In this document: positions 50,380 to 64,000 of the stretch, one piece after another
How positions within the stretch are numbered: position 1 is the first letter of the stretch
Layout: every line of letters begins with the position of its first letter
Assembly (NCBI RefSeq): GCF_018977255.1
Contig: NW_024704749.1
Coordinates: forward strand, 6,510,001 to 6,574,000
Origin: Callorhinchus milii
Taxonomy: Eukaryota
Direction of reading: 5' to 3'
DNA: 64,000 nt
Translations under genes and position numbers: made by a program
The notes under the pieces: generated by a model
What the model saw: only the letters and a program-made list of their open reading frames with translations
The model's database searches: none
Told to the model about the DNA's origin: nothing

Positions 50380-51242
50380 GGCGTGGACGGACGGGCGGGT
50401 GGGTGGAGCCTGACGGATTGACGTGGGTGGGCGACCAATGGAAAGACGAACTCGGCGCGAGCGGGCGGGACATCCGGTGTGACCGTGGTTGAGTGACAGG
50501 AAGCGGCGAGTGGTGGTGGCGGTGGAGGCGGCGGCGGCGGTTCGGGGCGGTTGAGCCGGTGAGAAGAGAGGCTTGAACGGCGGCGGCGGCTCCTCAACCG
50601 TCACTCCCGCGTGCATGGGAGTGACGTAGCCAATTGAAGTCGGTCGGAGGAGAAGAAGAAAGCGAATTAAAAAGAAAGGAGTTAAAGTCAGAGAGAGAGA
50701 GAGGCCGCGGCCTTTTTTTTTGTTTTTATTTGTTTTTTTTTATCCCCATTAAAAGTCGTCGGCGGTTTGATTTTTCACAGAGCGAGACGTCAATCGCATC
50801 TCTTTCTCTCTCTCTCTCTATATATATGTATATATATTCGTTGATAAGGGCTGTTTTGAGGAGAATTCGGAGCTTTTTCGAAGCTTGCCCGGACCGCGTC
50901 GAATTTGCCGCGTCGCCATAGAAACAAACCGCCGCGGCGCCCTAGCAACCGTCTCCAGGGCCGGAGGGAGCCCTAGCAACCGTCTCCAAGGCCAGGACCA
51001 GTGTGGCTCCAGCATCAGCATCGCCTGGGTGACTGCACTCTCGTCCCCCCACCCCCTCCCTCCCTCCCTCCCTCCCTCTGTGCTGCACTCTCACCTCCTC
51101 CCGCCCGCCCCACTCCCCACTCTTAAACTCTCACCACTCTTACTTACCATCGTTCCCCCCTCTTAACTCCTTCACTCTTAAGATCCCTACCCAACTTCCG
51201 CTCTCCCCCCCCACCCCCTCCCACCCCACCCATCCCAAAAGC
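50380..51242 (+). promoter_or_regulatory. CpG-island promoter and 5' UTR of NF2
   Basis: CpG-rich, with CCAAT near 50434 and 50630, CAGGAAG near 50497, GTGACGT near 50621 and GGC runs. Immediately upstream of the NF2 ATG. Confidence 0.75.

Positions 51243-64000
<12,758 letters not shown>

Overview
Vertebrate genomic DNA, gene-dense and intron-containing. The compact introns and the tRNA/Deu-type SINE plus L2 repeat landscape suggest a cartilaginous fish such as a chimaera; this is inference. I reconstructed seven genes by hand from splice sites and reading frames: TPCN1 (first coding exon, -), IQCD/DRC10 (+, 449 aa), RITA1 (-, 289 aa), DDX54 (+, 20 exons, 856 aa, one U12 intron), CFAP73/CCDC42-family (-, about 311 aa), NIPSNAP1 (-, 10 exons, 278 aa) and NF2/merlin (+, exons 1-11, truncated by the window end, one GC-AG intron). 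Three head-to-head pairs and an extra CpG-rich promoter are present. Introns carry many copies of modular SINEs that share a 3' tail with an L2 LINE, plus CR1 ends, MITE-like elements and an unclassified repeat. I found no convincing wholly new biological system. The best leads are the SINE/L2 module-and-tail swapping, AT-to-GC-shifted SINE copies inside CpG islands, RFX X-boxes at four promoters, a divergent CTCF pair around the NF2 promoter, and the junction of human 12q24-like and 22q12-like gene blocks. Gene names come from recalled protein similarity, not from a database search. Repeat boundaries are approximate.
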